IMG/VR virus record: IMGVR_UViG_3300032236_001065
Span: 17,524-81,523 of that record
DNA from: a virus
DNA: 64,000 nucleotides
Direction: 5' to 3' (one strand)
The position numbers and the translations under genes are program-made. Shown piece after piece: positions 11,101 through 21,644 of the stretch. The notes beneath the pieces were generated by a model. The model worked only from the letters and a program-made list of their open reading frames with translations. It ran no database searches and was not told the DNA's origin. Each line of letters begins with the position of its first letter. Within the stretch, counting starts at the first letter, position 1.

Positions 11101-13701
11101 GTTTCTGGAGTACAAAAAGGTGTCAAAGAACAAGCACCTGAGTTATGGACTGAAGGCAAAAAAGTTGTTTCATCAATGCATGACGGAATTGAAGAAGGAC
11201 TTAATGGATCTGCAGGTCAATCAAAGATACAGTCAATATTTAGTAGAGCATTCGGTGCTAATTCTCGTCTAGGCGGAATGATGTCTAAATTCTCTGGTAT
11301 GGGAATGATGGGCCGTATGGGTGTTGGTATGGGCATAACAACAGTTTCACAGATGGCTTCACCGCTACTCAGCAAACTTCCTGGTGGTAATTTAATTACA
11401 GATGCAATGTCTGGTGCTGGAATGGGTGCAGGATTTGGACCTTGGGGTATGGCGGCGGGAGCCGCAATAAGCCTTGTAACAGGTGGCATAAAGTCATTAA
11501 TGGCTATGGAAAAACAACATGCTGCAGAATCTAAAGCAGACTTTACATCAAGTGCAGATGCAGTTCAATTCCTAGGTGGTAAAGTTGTTGATACAACATC
11601 TCATCTAAAAGACCTAAATATTGTACTTAATAATCCATCAAGCGGAACTTCAAATGCTGCTAAAGCTTTGGGTGCAAATATAGCATATACAAGCCAGCAG
11701 TTAGACAGCTTTGCTTCAATGGTAAAGAGTTTACCAAAAGATAACTCTCTAGCATTAGTAATTAAACAAGTAAAAGATGCAGGAGATTCAGGATCTGCAG
11801 CAAAAATAGCAGCTGAATTTGCAACACTTAATCAGGCTATTAATAATACAAGTCCTACACAAGCAAAGCAGCTTGAACAATTAATATTAACAGTTGGCGG
11901 TAAAGATGCAAGTGCGGCAAAGCCTCCAGTTGCAAACCAGCTAGATGCAATGAGAGCATCACTAAGTGCCGCATTGCCAAATGGAAAACAATTCTCACAA
12001 GTAATTGGACAAATTACAAGTGCAGCATTAAATGCTAACTCCCTAGATAGCATAAATCTAGCTATAAAAGCAATCGGTTCTTCATCGGCAACTGCCGAAC
12101 AACAAGTAGCGGGACTATTAGGGTACTTCACCCAGCTAGGAAATTCTGGAGCCATAAAGCTTATAACTGCAATGCAAGGACAGGGCGGGTTTAACGGAGG
12201 AGACATACTTAAAACCCTTGCAGCATATCAAGGCGGAGCTAATATTACTTTTGCAACATTGTCAAAAGACCTTAAGTCTGGAGCAATAGATAAAACACTT
12301 ACAGCACAAGAGGATAAAAGAAAGAAAAATGCTAAAGAAATTGCAGGTTTGCAAGATCAACTTAATAAACTGCAAAATGCAAATACATCTGGGCAAATAG
12401 CAAATACAGCTGCAACAAATGCAGGGCTTCCAGCATTAAATCAAAGACAAAAGCTTCTTGATGCAAATCTTAAAAAGCTTCAAGATTTGCAAAAAGCACA
12501 AACTCAAAATACAAATTATGCTACAACAAAAGAAGATCTTAAGAATCAAATTCTTATGGCTCAAGCCACAGGCGATAATCTTAAAGCCCAGTTATTACAG
12601 CAACAACTCATGGGTGCTACAAAAGACTTTAATTTACAAAACAGTGTAGATAAAGCACAACAAGCAGCAGATGCTAATAGATTAGCAATAGATCAAGCAA
12701 ATGCTCAAGCAACTACTTTGCAGACTACTGCACAAAATAATAATACTGCGGCAATAGATGCATTGACTAAAAAAATTGCTGCTTTACAAAATGGTCCGAA
12801 CCCAGGATCAATTAACATGGACTCAACGGCTGGACAAAAAGGCCCAGGTTTGTCAGCATCTGGTTTTGGATCATTAAGTGATTTAAATAAGTTTAAAATT
12901 TCTCCAAGCGTAGGTGCTACATTTACTGGGCAAGATGGAAAGCAATATAAGATTGCTGGTATAAATAAAAATCCAGGAAAAGGCCTTTTGCCAACATTCC
13001 AAGCATATCCAGTTTCAAAAGCAGATGGTGGACACATAACTGGACCAGGATCTTCAACATCTGATTCAATACCAGCAATGCTTTCAAACGGTGAATATGT
13101 AATCAATGCAGGTGCAGTATCACATTATGGTAAGGGAACATTTGATGCTCTTAATGCCCGCCATCTTGCTAAAGGCGGGGTAGCAAGAACTAACTCTTCT
13201 ATTACTTATCACCGTCAACACATGAATAGAATTTCTCGTCACTTTGCTAACGGCGGTATTGTTGATATGTTAATGGGTAATGCCATTGGTAATGCAGAAC
13301 ACCAAATGGGCAGTGCATTAAGTTTCTTGAGTAAAGAAGCCCTTGAAACAGTTGGAATTAGTCCAGCATTAAGATTGTTACAAGGTAAAAAACAAAGTAA
13401 TTGGGATTATTTAGGAGTTGCTTCAATGTTGGCTGGGCCAGCAAAAGGCTTGGGATTAATTCCAAAAGCACTCGGACCTTTGGCAGCTTTGTTAGAAGGC
13501 GCAGATCTTACTCAAAATACATTTGAAGCGGCGGGTAATTTGAAACAAAGTGCAGCTGGGTCAAATCACATATATAATGTAAATGTGAATGTAGCAAAGG
13601 TTGACTCAACAGTGGATATGGAAAAGGCAATTCATGATGCAATGTCCAAGATTGATGCAAAAGCAAAGATGAGTGGTAGAGTAAGCGTGGTGGGTGGATA
13701 A
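8146..13701 (+). CDS. Tape measure protein
   Basis: 1851 aa, Ala/Gly/Gln-rich; GKNTQWAGRQLTVG and TP901-type core; follows the chaperones. Confidence 0.95.
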   Translation: MANIQLKITALGDFSSVNNQLKALQTQVQLLQKSIAGVGLDASLTTQLKNVQNEFSNALVSSGNFTKQTVQLTSETEKFGAALQAGKLKLGDYFSIITGRSGAAQKSVQALAVEQVKLNNSIVQQDITKQGVYSVYTPTTINATAKAVELAAAKQNIFNIAVQQGSQKLIDFGKNTQWAGRQLTVGLSMPALLFGSQAVAAFKAVNTELTRLQRLYGEGLTPPSQAQLTQISDQVIKLGAQVATQMGIAQSETVKVAANFAAMGKEGQNLLDVTYQAQRLSKLGAIDATQATNTIVSLQNVYKVSTMDLANAVNFMSSMQKQTTMSLQDMTDAIPRVGPIMAQLGGSYKDTAVMLLAMREAGVPAAQAANALKSAFASIIAPTSAATKEFASFGINLDKIKSSGTPVQMLMALQSALVGIAPLAREQLIEKLFGKFQFARVSALLDNFGKVGSQTQNALKVAGATNAQLATLAGQEMAQATASTTAKWQRAIEGLKASLYPIGQKILEVGTKIMDFGQKIADFFNKLPGPIKSGLGILLTLGVIAGPVIMITGLFANLFGQVVKVGYSLLGVIDGSKKWRELMTPAGIAAKTATDAFQTGLLENVTAVDTLNAALQRLITSLEAINTAMNISTGSAIVSTVEAGLAGGKIPFKAPGMATGGVVPGTGNSDSYPAMLTPGEAVIPKSAVAEHGPLINAIISGSLPGYNGGLRANVRQQYGGNFNYLSESGNIRSYADREVAHLDAPIDLPTGASEENAKVAMYHREINQGTNSGMSAQDYLDYLNGQTMSVGNGGRLMPKLRVVDAAGNPASRSITHSQELAYGPMATTAGITDPKQRQAFYDEIDKRIKAWLEPLAKANKQIKDVAGPGQESATQVGQIVNEVLKQQSFGQTQDAISTLEAPLETRTTGKGRSGRTRRFVGGDTRISGIVSKILAGKTVTKSQEDTLMASGLIDSGNFSKLDSEARKQLEIESPSKKGEATGKSYVSGVQKGVKEQAPELWTEGKKVVSSMHDGIEEGLNGSAGQSKIQSIFSRAFGANSRLGGMMSKFSGMGMMGRMGVGMGITTVSQMASPLLSKLPGGNLITDAMSGAGMGAGFGPWGMAAGAAISLVTGGIKSLMAMEKQHAAESKADFTSSADAVQFLGGKVVDTTSHLKDLNIVLNNPSSGTSNAAKALGANIAYTSQQLDSFASMVKSLPKDNSLALVIKQVKDAGDSGSAAKIAAEFATLNQAINNTSPTQAKQLEQLILTVGGKDASAAKPPVANQLDAMRASLSAALPNGKQFSQVIGQITSAALNANSLDSINLAIKAIGSSSATAEQQVAGLLGYFTQLGNSGAIKLITAMQGQGGFNGGDILKTLAAYQGGANITFATLSKDLKSGAIDKTLTAQEDKRKKNAKEIAGLQDQLNKLQNANTSGQIANTAATNAGLPALNQRQKLLDANLKKLQDLQKAQTQNTNYATTKEDLKNQILMAQATGDNLKAQLLQQQLMGATKDFNLQNSVDKAQQAADANRLAIDQANAQATTLQTTAQNNNTAAIDALTKKIAALQNGPNPGSINMDSTAGQKGPGLSASGFGSLSDLNKFKISPSVGATFTGQDGKQYKIAGINKNPGKGLLPTFQAYPVSKADGGHITGPGSSTSDSIPAMLSNGEYVINAGAVSHYGKGTFDALNARHLAKGGVARTNSSITYHRQHMNRISRHFANGGIVDMLMGNAIGNAEHQMGSALSFLSKEALETVGISPALRLLQGKKQSNWDYLGVASMLAGPAKGLGLIPKALGPLAALLEGADLTQNTFEAAGNLKQSAAGSNHIYNVNVNVAKVDSTVDMEKAIHDAMSKIDAKAKMSGRVSVVGG

Positions 13702-14231
13702 TGTCATATATGCTGAATGCTGGAATTGAAATATCAATAGATAACTCTACTTGGTATAAATTAACTGATGATAATCGTCAACCCATTAAAGTTGCATATG
13801 AAGTTATTGAAAAGACTAACCGCATGGCAGACGGAACACTCCGCCGATATGTTATTGCAAGAAAACATAAAATAACTGCATCTTGGCAAAATGTCTGGAG
13901 CAAAACATCTTTATCTACAGATAAAAATTATGCGGGAGCATGGATGAAATCATTCTATGAAGCCAATGTCTTTATCCCAATTTATGTAAGATTAACAATA
14001 GCTTCTGCAAATACTCAGAATATAAATACTACAAACGGATTTATTCCTACAGAAACAATTGCAACAGCAGATGTATATACAAATGGAGATACATATGTGC
14101 CATCATATGTTGCAAATAGTTCTGGCAACATGACATACAACGTCTTTATAACATCATTTGATTATGAAGTTTTAAAGCGTAATAAAGATTTTGACTTGGT
14201 AAACATTAATATAGAGTTTACGGAGATCTAA
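13701..14231 (+). CDS. Distal tail / minor tail protein
   Basis: RMADGTLRRYVIARK motif; directly after tape measure. Confidence 0.75.
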   Translation: MSYMLNAGIEISIDNSTWYKLTDDNRQPIKVAYEVIEKTNRMADGTLRRYVIARKHKITASWQNVWSKTSLSTDKNYAGAWMKSFYEANVFIPIYVRLTIASANTQNINTTNGFIPTETIATADVYTNGDTYVPSYVANSSGNMTYNVFITSFDYEVLKRNKDFDLVNINIEFTEI

Positions 14232-17200
14232 TGCTAGGTACATCAACAATTCAACAATACTTCGCATCTGGAGATTCACATTATGTGCTCCCGCAAGTTT
14301 CACTTGAGTGGAACTATAATCTTTTCTATGCTCCATATGTCACAACAAACGGGGCGGGAACAACAATAGTTCCTACTGGAACATGGTCAAATGGACCATC
14401 AACATCTAATGCAGGTAGAATAACAACAGTATTTCAAGCAGATACATCACAGACTACCAGATCATGCTATCTGTTTAGTACAACATCAGGATCAAATTCA
14501 TCTACACTAACTATATCTAATTTAACAAACACAACCAATACATACAAGATTACTTTCTATGCAAAGGTTGATAGAGATGCAACTGTAAAGCTTTCAGCGT
14601 TAGCAATGATTGATTATCATAGAGCACACTCAGTATCACAAGATATTGATAGTGTTACATGGACTAAGTTTGAGGTTTACTTAAGTTCCCGCCCAACACA
14701 AACACCATATTCAAGCCCGACACTTTCTCTGCATCATTCAGCAACTGATGGTACATCTACTTATGGAATTTTGATTGATCAACTTGAAATGCATCAAACA
14801 ACAGACTTTGAATATCAGTATGGAAACCTATGGACTACATACTCTCCTTTTCATGCGTTTAGACCAGGAGAAAGCTTTGTTCCTTCGGGTAATGCTCTTG
14901 TTCAGCATCCATCAAACTTCAGACAAATAAAATATGATTTCCAGACCAGCTACTATGATTTTAATAATCAAACAATGCCAGTAAGTCCAGTTGTATATCA
15001 CCCAACTCTGCTGGCAACAGATACTTCAAATCCAGTATATAAAAACGGTTTCTTATCAGAATGGTCTCAGTATAAATATTTTGTAGCAGATTCAACAACC
15101 CCATCTTTGACTGGAATATATGATAAAACTCTTAATACAAATAAAATTGTAATAAAGTTTAATCTTTCATATGCAAACCCATCAAGCTTTACTGTAAATT
15201 TATCAAATAATACAAATTCAAGCGGAACATATACTAATAGCTATACAACAAGTGTTAACCTAACTAATGCAGATATTGATAGTTCAGGCACTTGCATTTT
15301 GTACCTTCAGGTTGACGGATCTTGGAAATCAGCCGCTGCTGGTGGATCATGGTCAGTTACACCACAGTTTGATTTTAATGGTGTAGTTAGATTTGGTGGT
15401 AATAACGGAGCTTCAGCTGTAAAACAAATTAATCAAATTACAGTGACGCAAAATTCAGCAAACTTAAATGCATACTATTCTTCAAAGTCGTCTTCAACAA
15501 ACGCTACCATTATAACTAACAATCCAGATAAAACAACAACCACAAACCCTGGAACAACGTTTGATGAAACTGCTCAAATGAAAAGAATGCAAGTCATTGA
15601 AGTATCTCCTAGACTAGAGATTGATGTTACATACTTCACCATGTCAGTTGATACGAATGCTCAGCTTGATAATAAAATGAACCCACTTCCAATTTCCGCT
15701 ATATCTTCAAATATGGCAACTATCACACTTTCAAATGTGCCTCTAACAGTAAGTAGCCAAGTTCTAACATTGTTTTCAAATAACTCATCAAGTTCAATAT
15801 TGAAAGGCTTGTTTAGAAATTATGTTAAATGCTATGTGAACTATGTTATTAAGGATACAGTTGCAGGAGCAACATCTTCAGATAAATTTATACCAGGCGG
15901 AGTATTCTATGTTGATACCTGGGATGGTAAAGATATTGAAAAAACTGTAATAACTGCATATGACAGCACAAAGTATTTGCAGCTTGCACAGCCTACAGAC
16001 TATGTTTCACAATCAGAAGATGCTTTTAGACTTATAAGTAACATACTAGATTTTGCAGGATTCACAGACTATAACTATGACGAGCTTAGAAGAGTGTGTA
16101 GATCAACCGTAAAGCTATCAGATGGAACTATAAAAAATAGTACAGCACCATTAAAGATGAGATATTTTTATGTTGATGGAACTCAGCAAAAGGTTTTTGA
16201 TGTGCTTAGAGAAATTTTTGAAGTCTATCAAATAGCCGCATATATAGATTCATATGGTGTAATGAGATTTATTAACGTTGATGGAATTTTTGATCCATCA
16301 AATAAGATTAATATGCTTCTACATGATAATAAAACTTCACAATCAATCAGCACCGCAAATGGATATGCAAATAACCTTACTGTTGATAGCAATATTGTAC
16401 AAGATACATATACTGAAACAGTTAAAACTAAAGTAGGAAAAGCAACACTTACCTATAAAACACCTCAAGTTGTTAAGACTTTAAAAGCAGATCAGTCACT
16501 TCTCAATGATAATCTTTATGTAAATGTTCCACCAACATATCAGACTTCAGCAAATGTTATTTGGGATTCAACTATTGATGAATCAACTACCTATAATCAC
16601 CTAGCAGAGACAATGGATCTAACTGCTACTAAATTTAGAGTGCCAGATAATGAAGCAACGGCAGCAACAGGTGCAGTGAATTTTAATTCATATGGAATAG
16701 ATCACGACGGATTTGGAATTATTGAAGGTGAGATTGTAAGCTTTAAATACAAAGAATTTTTGTTCTCTACACCAGCAGGAAATCAAATAAGATCAATTGC
16801 AAACTCTTCAGACTTTGCCGCCCAATTTGCAGAAGTAGTTGAGCAGACGGGAACTAATAGTGATATTACAGTTACAAGAACTGGGTACATCACAAACGTA
16901 GATAGAGGACTATTTAATACTCCCGTAAGAAATCACGTTAAGATGTCAACGCTAAACGATATACAGCAAAAATTTGATACTTCTGCTGCAACAGCTATCT
17001 CTATTCGCAACGGAGATTTGATGCTGACATCAAACTCTGGAGAAATATCAAAGATAACATGCTTAGACCCATATTCAACAAATGGATCACTTAATGATTA
17101 TAAAACTTTTTCAACTAAAATTTTGATGGGTGCTAATGCAGGATCTTCTGGGGTATATCCGACGGGAACTAAGATGGGTCTTGTCATGCACAATACTTCC

Positions 17201-18364
17201 AACCAGCCTAGTATGTATGTATCAATAACACAGCAAAAAGATTCAAAAGGAAATGATCAATATTTACTTTCAGCAACATCTGATGGAACTACAAACTTAC
17301 TTATTCCAACAATGCCACATGTAGATGTAACTAATATTATAAAAGCTCAAGGAACGCTTTATGATATCAATTCTCCATTCTCAGAATATAGTAAGTATAT
17401 TAATCTTAAAGTAGTTATAAAAGACCCTACACAATCTTCATCAAATCCTAATGCACTTTCACCAAATGCTTTTGAAATATTTATTAATAGATCAAGAGTG
17501 CCAATTCATACATCTATAACTACTCCGCCAAACACCAGTGGAAAATTTGGTGTATTTGTATCTGGAACTTCTGCAGCAGTAAAATTTGCTGAGGTTTATG
17601 CAACCCAAAGTTGCATAGATGATCAAAATATATTTTATCATTATCAATTGCCTTGGTTTGCTGAAAAGATTGCAAGTAATAAAAAGATTCTTGAAATTAG
17701 TTACATAGTACAGCCAAGCCCAGTAATTATTGGAATAAACTACTATGACATTAAAGATGCCCAAGCACCTTCCCTAGATGCATTCCCATTAAAACTTATG
17801 TACGATTGGTACTATATTGTTGATCCATCAGCTCCGCTTGTTGTAAATACAAATACAACAACACCTAATCTTCCTTCAATACAGGTTGATGAATATGCAC
17901 TTAATTATTCACCAGTCTACCATTCTGGGTTCAGAAGTAGATTTGCAATTGTTAACTGCTCCCCGTCCCAAGTCTGGATTAAAAAAGCAGCAGATACAAT
18001 TAATAAAATCAATGTTGATTTTAGCTTAGTTACCGATACTCTCATCACCTTGGGCCCAGATGTCACTATTGAAAAAGTTTTTGATGAGGCAAATATAAAT
18101 GAAGTGGTTGATATAACCTCAAGCTGGGTACAAGATAAAAATACTGCAACTTCAATTTTAAGAACTATATACCGTGCTTTGGACGGGTTTTCAAGAGACA
18201 CTACAATATCAATCTATGGAAACCCATTATTTGAAATTGGCGATATTGTAACCATTAATTATGGCCTAAAGAACATAACTGGGCAAAAATATTTTGTACA
18301 AGGCGTAGAGCAAATTTTTGATACAGGCTTAACAACATTGCTTACTTTAAATCAGATTGGCTGA
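14231..18364 (+). CDS. Large tail tip / baseplate hub protein with carbohydrate-binding-like insert
   Basis: C-terminal IYGNPLFEIGDIVTI hub motif; YKITFYAK...WTKFEV CBM-like segment. Confidence 0.8.
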   Translation: MLGTSTIQQYFASGDSHYVLPQVSLEWNYNLFYAPYVTTNGAGTTIVPTGTWSNGPSTSNAGRITTVFQADTSQTTRSCYLFSTTSGSNSSTLTISNLTNTTNTYKITFYAKVDRDATVKLSALAMIDYHRAHSVSQDIDSVTWTKFEVYLSSRPTQTPYSSPTLSLHHSATDGTSTYGILIDQLEMHQTTDFEYQYGNLWTTYSPFHAFRPGESFVPSGNALVQHPSNFRQIKYDFQTSYYDFNNQTMPVSPVVYHPTLLATDTSNPVYKNGFLSEWSQYKYFVADSTTPSLTGIYDKTLNTNKIVIKFNLSYANPSSFTVNLSNNTNSSGTYTNSYTTSVNLTNADIDSSGTCILYLQVDGSWKSAAAGGSWSVTPQFDFNGVVRFGGNNGASAVKQINQITVTQNSANLNAYYSSKSSSTNATIITNNPDKTTTTNPGTTFDETAQMKRMQVIEVSPRLEIDVTYFTMSVDTNAQLDNKMNPLPISAISSNMATITLSNVPLTVSSQVLTLFSNNSSSSILKGLFRNYVKCYVNYVIKDTVAGATSSDKFIPGGVFYVDTWDGKDIEKTVITAYDSTKYLQLAQPTDYVSQSEDAFRLISNILDFAGFTDYNYDELRRVCRSTVKLSDGTIKNSTAPLKMRYFYVDGTQQKVFDVLREIFEVYQIAAYIDSYGVMRFINVDGIFDPSNKINMLLHDNKTSQSISTANGYANNLTVDSNIVQDTYTETVKTKVGKATLTYKTPQVVKTLKADQSLLNDNLYVNVPPTYQTSANVIWDSTIDESTTYNHLAETMDLTATKFRVPDNEATAATGAVNFNSYGIDHDGFGIIEGEIVSFKYKEFLFSTPAGNQIRSIANSSDFAAQFAEVVEQTGTNSDITVTRTGYITNVDRGLFNTPVRNHVKMSTLNDIQQKFDTSAATAISIRNGDLMLTSNSGEISKITCLDPYSTNGSLNDYKTFSTKILMGANAGSSGVYPTGTKMGLVMHNTSNQPSMYVSITQQKDSKGNDQYLLSATSDGTTNLLIPTMPHVDVTNIIKAQGTLYDINSPFSEYSKYINLKVVIKDPTQSSSNPNALSPNAFEIFINRSRVPIHTSITTPPNTSGKFGVFVSGTSAAVKFAEVYATQSCIDDQNIFYHYQLPWFAEKIASNKKILEISYIVQPSPVIIGINYYDIKDAQAPSLDAFPLKLMYDWYYIVDPSAPLVVNTNTTTPNLPSIQVDEYALNYSPVYHSGFRSRFAIVNCSPSQVWIKKAADTINKINVDFSLVTDTLITLGPDVTIEKVFDEANINEVVDITSSWVQDKNTATSILRTIYRALDGFSRDTTISIYGNPLFEIGDIVTINYGLKNITGQKYFVQGVEQIFDTGLTTLLTLNQIG

Positions 18365-18402
18365 TTTATAGCTAAAATGCTATAATTTAAGTTAGGAGAA
18401 AT

Positions 18403-19530
18403 ATGGCGGGTTCAGTACAGAAAAGAACTACAGGTAAACCAGTCACTGGTACAGTTGCCGCTGCCATAAAGAAAAAGCCTGAAATTTGGATTGGTCCTAA
18501 TGACCCAAGAAATGATCCAGACTATATAAGAAACTATCCTGGGACTATTCATCAGCTTACAGCAGCTCAGTTCGCCGTATGGCTCAAAACACAATATTCT
18601 GAGGCGGGAGTGGCAGGAGTTGTTTCTTCAGCAGACCTATATGCAGGAGATATACCAGACTCCAGTCAAGTTAATGGACAACTTGACAACACCCTTTTAC
18701 CTCCATCAAATATAAAGTGGGATGGAACTTTTACAACAGTAAATACAGATATTGGAATTTTGCAGGATATAGAGATTACATTTGATCCAGCTCCAGAAGA
18801 TCCATTTGATGGAAGTTTTGTATATCATGTTTATTATGAAGCAGAGGGTTCTGTTGCAACACCTCCAACAGCTGCCACAGCTCCAGCCGCAAGTGCATCG
18901 GTAATTCAAACAGTTGCCAATAAAGCTATTGTTACGTCAACAACAACTCCTGTAAACGGAGTAGTTACCGCTGCTACTGGAAATGGAACTACAATTACTT
19001 ATACATGTGCAAATAATTTCTCAGCTGGTCAATCAGTAACAGTCACAGGCCTTGGAGTAAAATCTGGAGTATCATTAAATATTTCAGGATTAACTATTTT
19101 GACTGCAACAAGTACATATTTTACAGTAAGCAGCAACAAGGTCGGTGTGTCTTCAGGAAAGGGGTCTGCAACATCTACAGTAAAGAAGATTACAACTCCA
19201 GTTAAAACATCCAGCACACTTCAATTTAAATTTCCTGCAAAGACAAACGCATCTTCATATACCATTACAGTTACTGGATCAAATTTGCCAAACAGCTCTG
19301 GACAAACACAGATGACATATACAGGCATACCAGCTACAGGTGGATCAAAGGCTTACACATCTGGAACAGTACATGGTAGCTACGCTTTGGTAAAATCAGG
19401 CAGCAATATAACATTTACATTAACTCAAACAAACGGCAGATCGTACAGTGGTTCATATTCTGCTAAAATACAAGTACACTATGCAAAATCATCTTCCGTG
19501 GAGGTAATCAGTGAATCAGTCACAATTTAA
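18403..19530 (+). CDS. Minor tail protein, Thr/Ser-rich beta domains
   Basis: Tail module; TITYTCANNFSAGQSVTVTG beta-barrel motif. Confidence 0.65.
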   Translation: MAGSVQKRTTGKPVTGTVAAAIKKKPEIWIGPNDPRNDPDYIRNYPGTIHQLTAAQFAVWLKTQYSEAGVAGVVSSADLYAGDIPDSSQVNGQLDNTLLPPSNIKWDGTFTTVNTDIGILQDIEITFDPAPEDPFDGSFVYHVYYEAEGSVATPPTAATAPAASASVIQTVANKAIVTSTTTPVNGVVTAATGNGTTITYTCANNFSAGQSVTVTGLGVKSGVSLNISGLTILTATSTYFTVSSNKVGVSSGKGSATSTVKKITTPVKTSSTLQFKFPAKTNASSYTITVTGSNLPNSSGQTQMTYTGIPATGGSKAYTSGTVHGSYALVKSGSNITFTLTQTNGRSYSGSYSAKIQVHYAKSSSVEVISESVTI

Positions 19531-20446
19531 AGGTACATATGTTTTTAAGCAAAACGGTATTGAGATTGGAAGATCTTCAAATCTTATAACCAACAATGGA
19601 AGAAAGATGCTGATGCAATATTTGGCGGCTTCAAGAGTGGACTGGTCTGCAGATATAGCCATAGGTGCATTACCAACAACTCCTACAGCTACAGATACAC
19701 AACTTAACTTTGAAACAGGTAGATATCCAGTTATTTTAAAAAGCTATATAGCAGCTAATGCAACCACTGGAGATCCTGATCTTATTGTGATTAGAGGAAC
19801 AATTCCAGAAAATACATATGCCAACATATATGAAATTGGCACATATGCTACAACCAACAGAAATTCCCCGTCCTCAAATAAAAATAACTTGATTCTTACT
19901 GATATGTCAGATGTAGCCAATTGGACAACACCAGCGGGATCTATATCTACAAATGTCTTTACACCACAAGGTGCTGCATCTCCAAGAATTGGTCAATATT
20001 CAGTTACTATATCAAATAGCACTTTGTATCAGAATACAGGACTTGCTATACCATTCAGTAACTATAGCTCTATAGACTCTTTGCAGATACTTGTATACAA
20101 CACAGTAGCGGGTAATGTTTCAGTTACATTAACCGACGTAGCTGGATATACACAAACAATTAACTTTACACTAACCAATAACACAGGATATTCTGTTTTA
20201 TCAACTAATTTTGATACAAGTGTAGGCACGGGAACAGATAAAACAATATCTAACTTTAATTACATTTCATCAATAGCAATAAGAACTGATTCAACTGCAG
20301 CACTTACACTTGATGCAATTAAAACTTCAAGTGCAGCAGAAATATCTATGGAAGAATCAATAGTTAGTAAATCAGTGTTAACTACACCAATAGCAAAGCT
20401 TTATAACGTACCATTGGATATAGAATATTACGTTGAACTACTATAA
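19511..20446 (+). CDS. Minor tail protein
   Basis: NLITNNGR...IAIG...TPTATDTQL.FE N-terminal motif common to tail-fibre anchors. Confidence 0.7.
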   Translation: MNQSQFKGTYVFKQNGIEIGRSSNLITNNGRKMLMQYLAASRVDWSADIAIGALPTTPTATDTQLNFETGRYPVILKSYIAANATTGDPDLIVIRGTIPENTYANIYEIGTYATTNRNSPSSNKNNLILTDMSDVANWTTPAGSISTNVFTPQGAASPRIGQYSVTISNSTLYQNTGLAIPFSNYSSIDSLQILVYNTVAGNVSVTLTDVAGYTQTINFTLTNNTGYSVLSTNFDTSVGTGTDKTISNFNYISSIAIRTDSTAALTLDAIKTSSAAEISMEESIVSKSVLTTPIAKLYNVPLDIEYYVELL

Positions 20447-20463
20447 GATAGGAGGTTGAATAA

Positions 20464-21636
20464 ATGGCGGGTTCTCAGTCATTAATAGTAAAAGGCTTAC
20501 AGCCAAACACTATTTATAAATTACAAGTCTATGCAGTTAAAACTGTTAATGGAACTGTAACACATTCACCTTCTACTACAACAACAATTACAACTGGTGC
20601 AAATAGCACAGGTGGAAATAATTTTAAAGTTACAAATGGTGGAACCGATATGCAGCTTGCAGGCGGAACCATCTACGCTGGAACTTTTGATGATGGCCTA
20701 GGACAGCTAGACCCGTTGACTGGATCTTCAGATGGAGTTACTCCATCCGCATTAACGGCATCAAACTATGGAGTAGCATTAAATCAGTTTGGAATAATGG
20801 CTTATAATGGTGGAACTCCAGAGTTTTATATTGACTCAAGAACTGGCAATGCATTTTTTGCAGGCACACTTACAATTGGATCTATTACTGATGCAGGCGG
20901 GGCTACACAAAGCTCTGTAGATAGTTTAAGTGGCTCTATAAGCAGTATATCTAGTTCATTGTCAAACTATATATTACAAAGTGGATATACTCCACAAACA
21001 TTTACATCCATAGGTCATGGAACAGTAAATACTGGAACTTTATATTCAAATAACCTTACAGTTCCATTGACTGGAACATATGTATATTCCACAACTGGAT
21101 CATATATTGATTTATCAACAGGTGCAATTATTACTCCAAGTCTTGCCATATGGCCACCCGCAGTAGATTCTACAACTCCGACTGGACCAAATCACGATAC
21201 AAATAACTGGTCCGCATATTTTGCAGGAACACTGATGAACTCTTTAGATGGACAAAATGGAATTGTTATACAAAGCTACACTAATCCTCCATCTAATATA
21301 AGTGGTGGAACACCTATCGGTGGTACGGATGCGGCATATTCTATTAACTTTAATAAAGCTGGAACAACATATGCAAGTATGGGTTTATTCGGAACTAATA
21401 ATTTTTCAATTTCTTTGGCAAATTCCAGCGGAGCTGTTGCGGGTTATTTAGATCTTGGTGTTTACGCCACAGCAATTGGAGGATACAATAGTATTCAGCT
21501 AAACGGATCAGATAATAGAATATGGCTACAAAGTTCTACTCCATATAATCAAAGCGGCTTAAGAAATATAATTGCTGTATCATCAACAGCAAGTGCACCT
21601 TCAGGCAATAATGGTGATATTTATGTTACATACTAG
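20464..21636 (+). CDS. Minor tail protein with N-terminal FN3-like segment
   Basis: VKGLQPNTIYKLQVYAV; FYIDSRTGNAFFAGTL; C-terminal APSGNNGDIYVTY. Confidence 0.7.
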   Translation: MAGSQSLIVKGLQPNTIYKLQVYAVKTVNGTVTHSPSTTTTITTGANSTGGNNFKVTNGGTDMQLAGGTIYAGTFDDGLGQLDPLTGSSDGVTPSALTASNYGVALNQFGIMAYNGGTPEFYIDSRTGNAFFAGTLTIGSITDAGGATQSSVDSLSGSISSISSSLSNYILQSGYTPQTFTSIGHGTVNTGTLYSNNLTVPLTGTYVYSTTGSYIDLSTGAIITPSLAIWPPAVDSTTPTGPNHDTNNWSAYFAGTLMNSLDGQNGIVIQSYTNPPSNISGGTPIGGTDAAYSINFNKAGTTYASMGLFGTNNFSISLANSSGAVAGYLDLGVYATAIGGYNSIQLNGSDNRIWLQSSTPYNQSGLRNIIAVSSTASAPSGNNGDIYVTY

Positions 21637-21644
21637 GAAATAAA

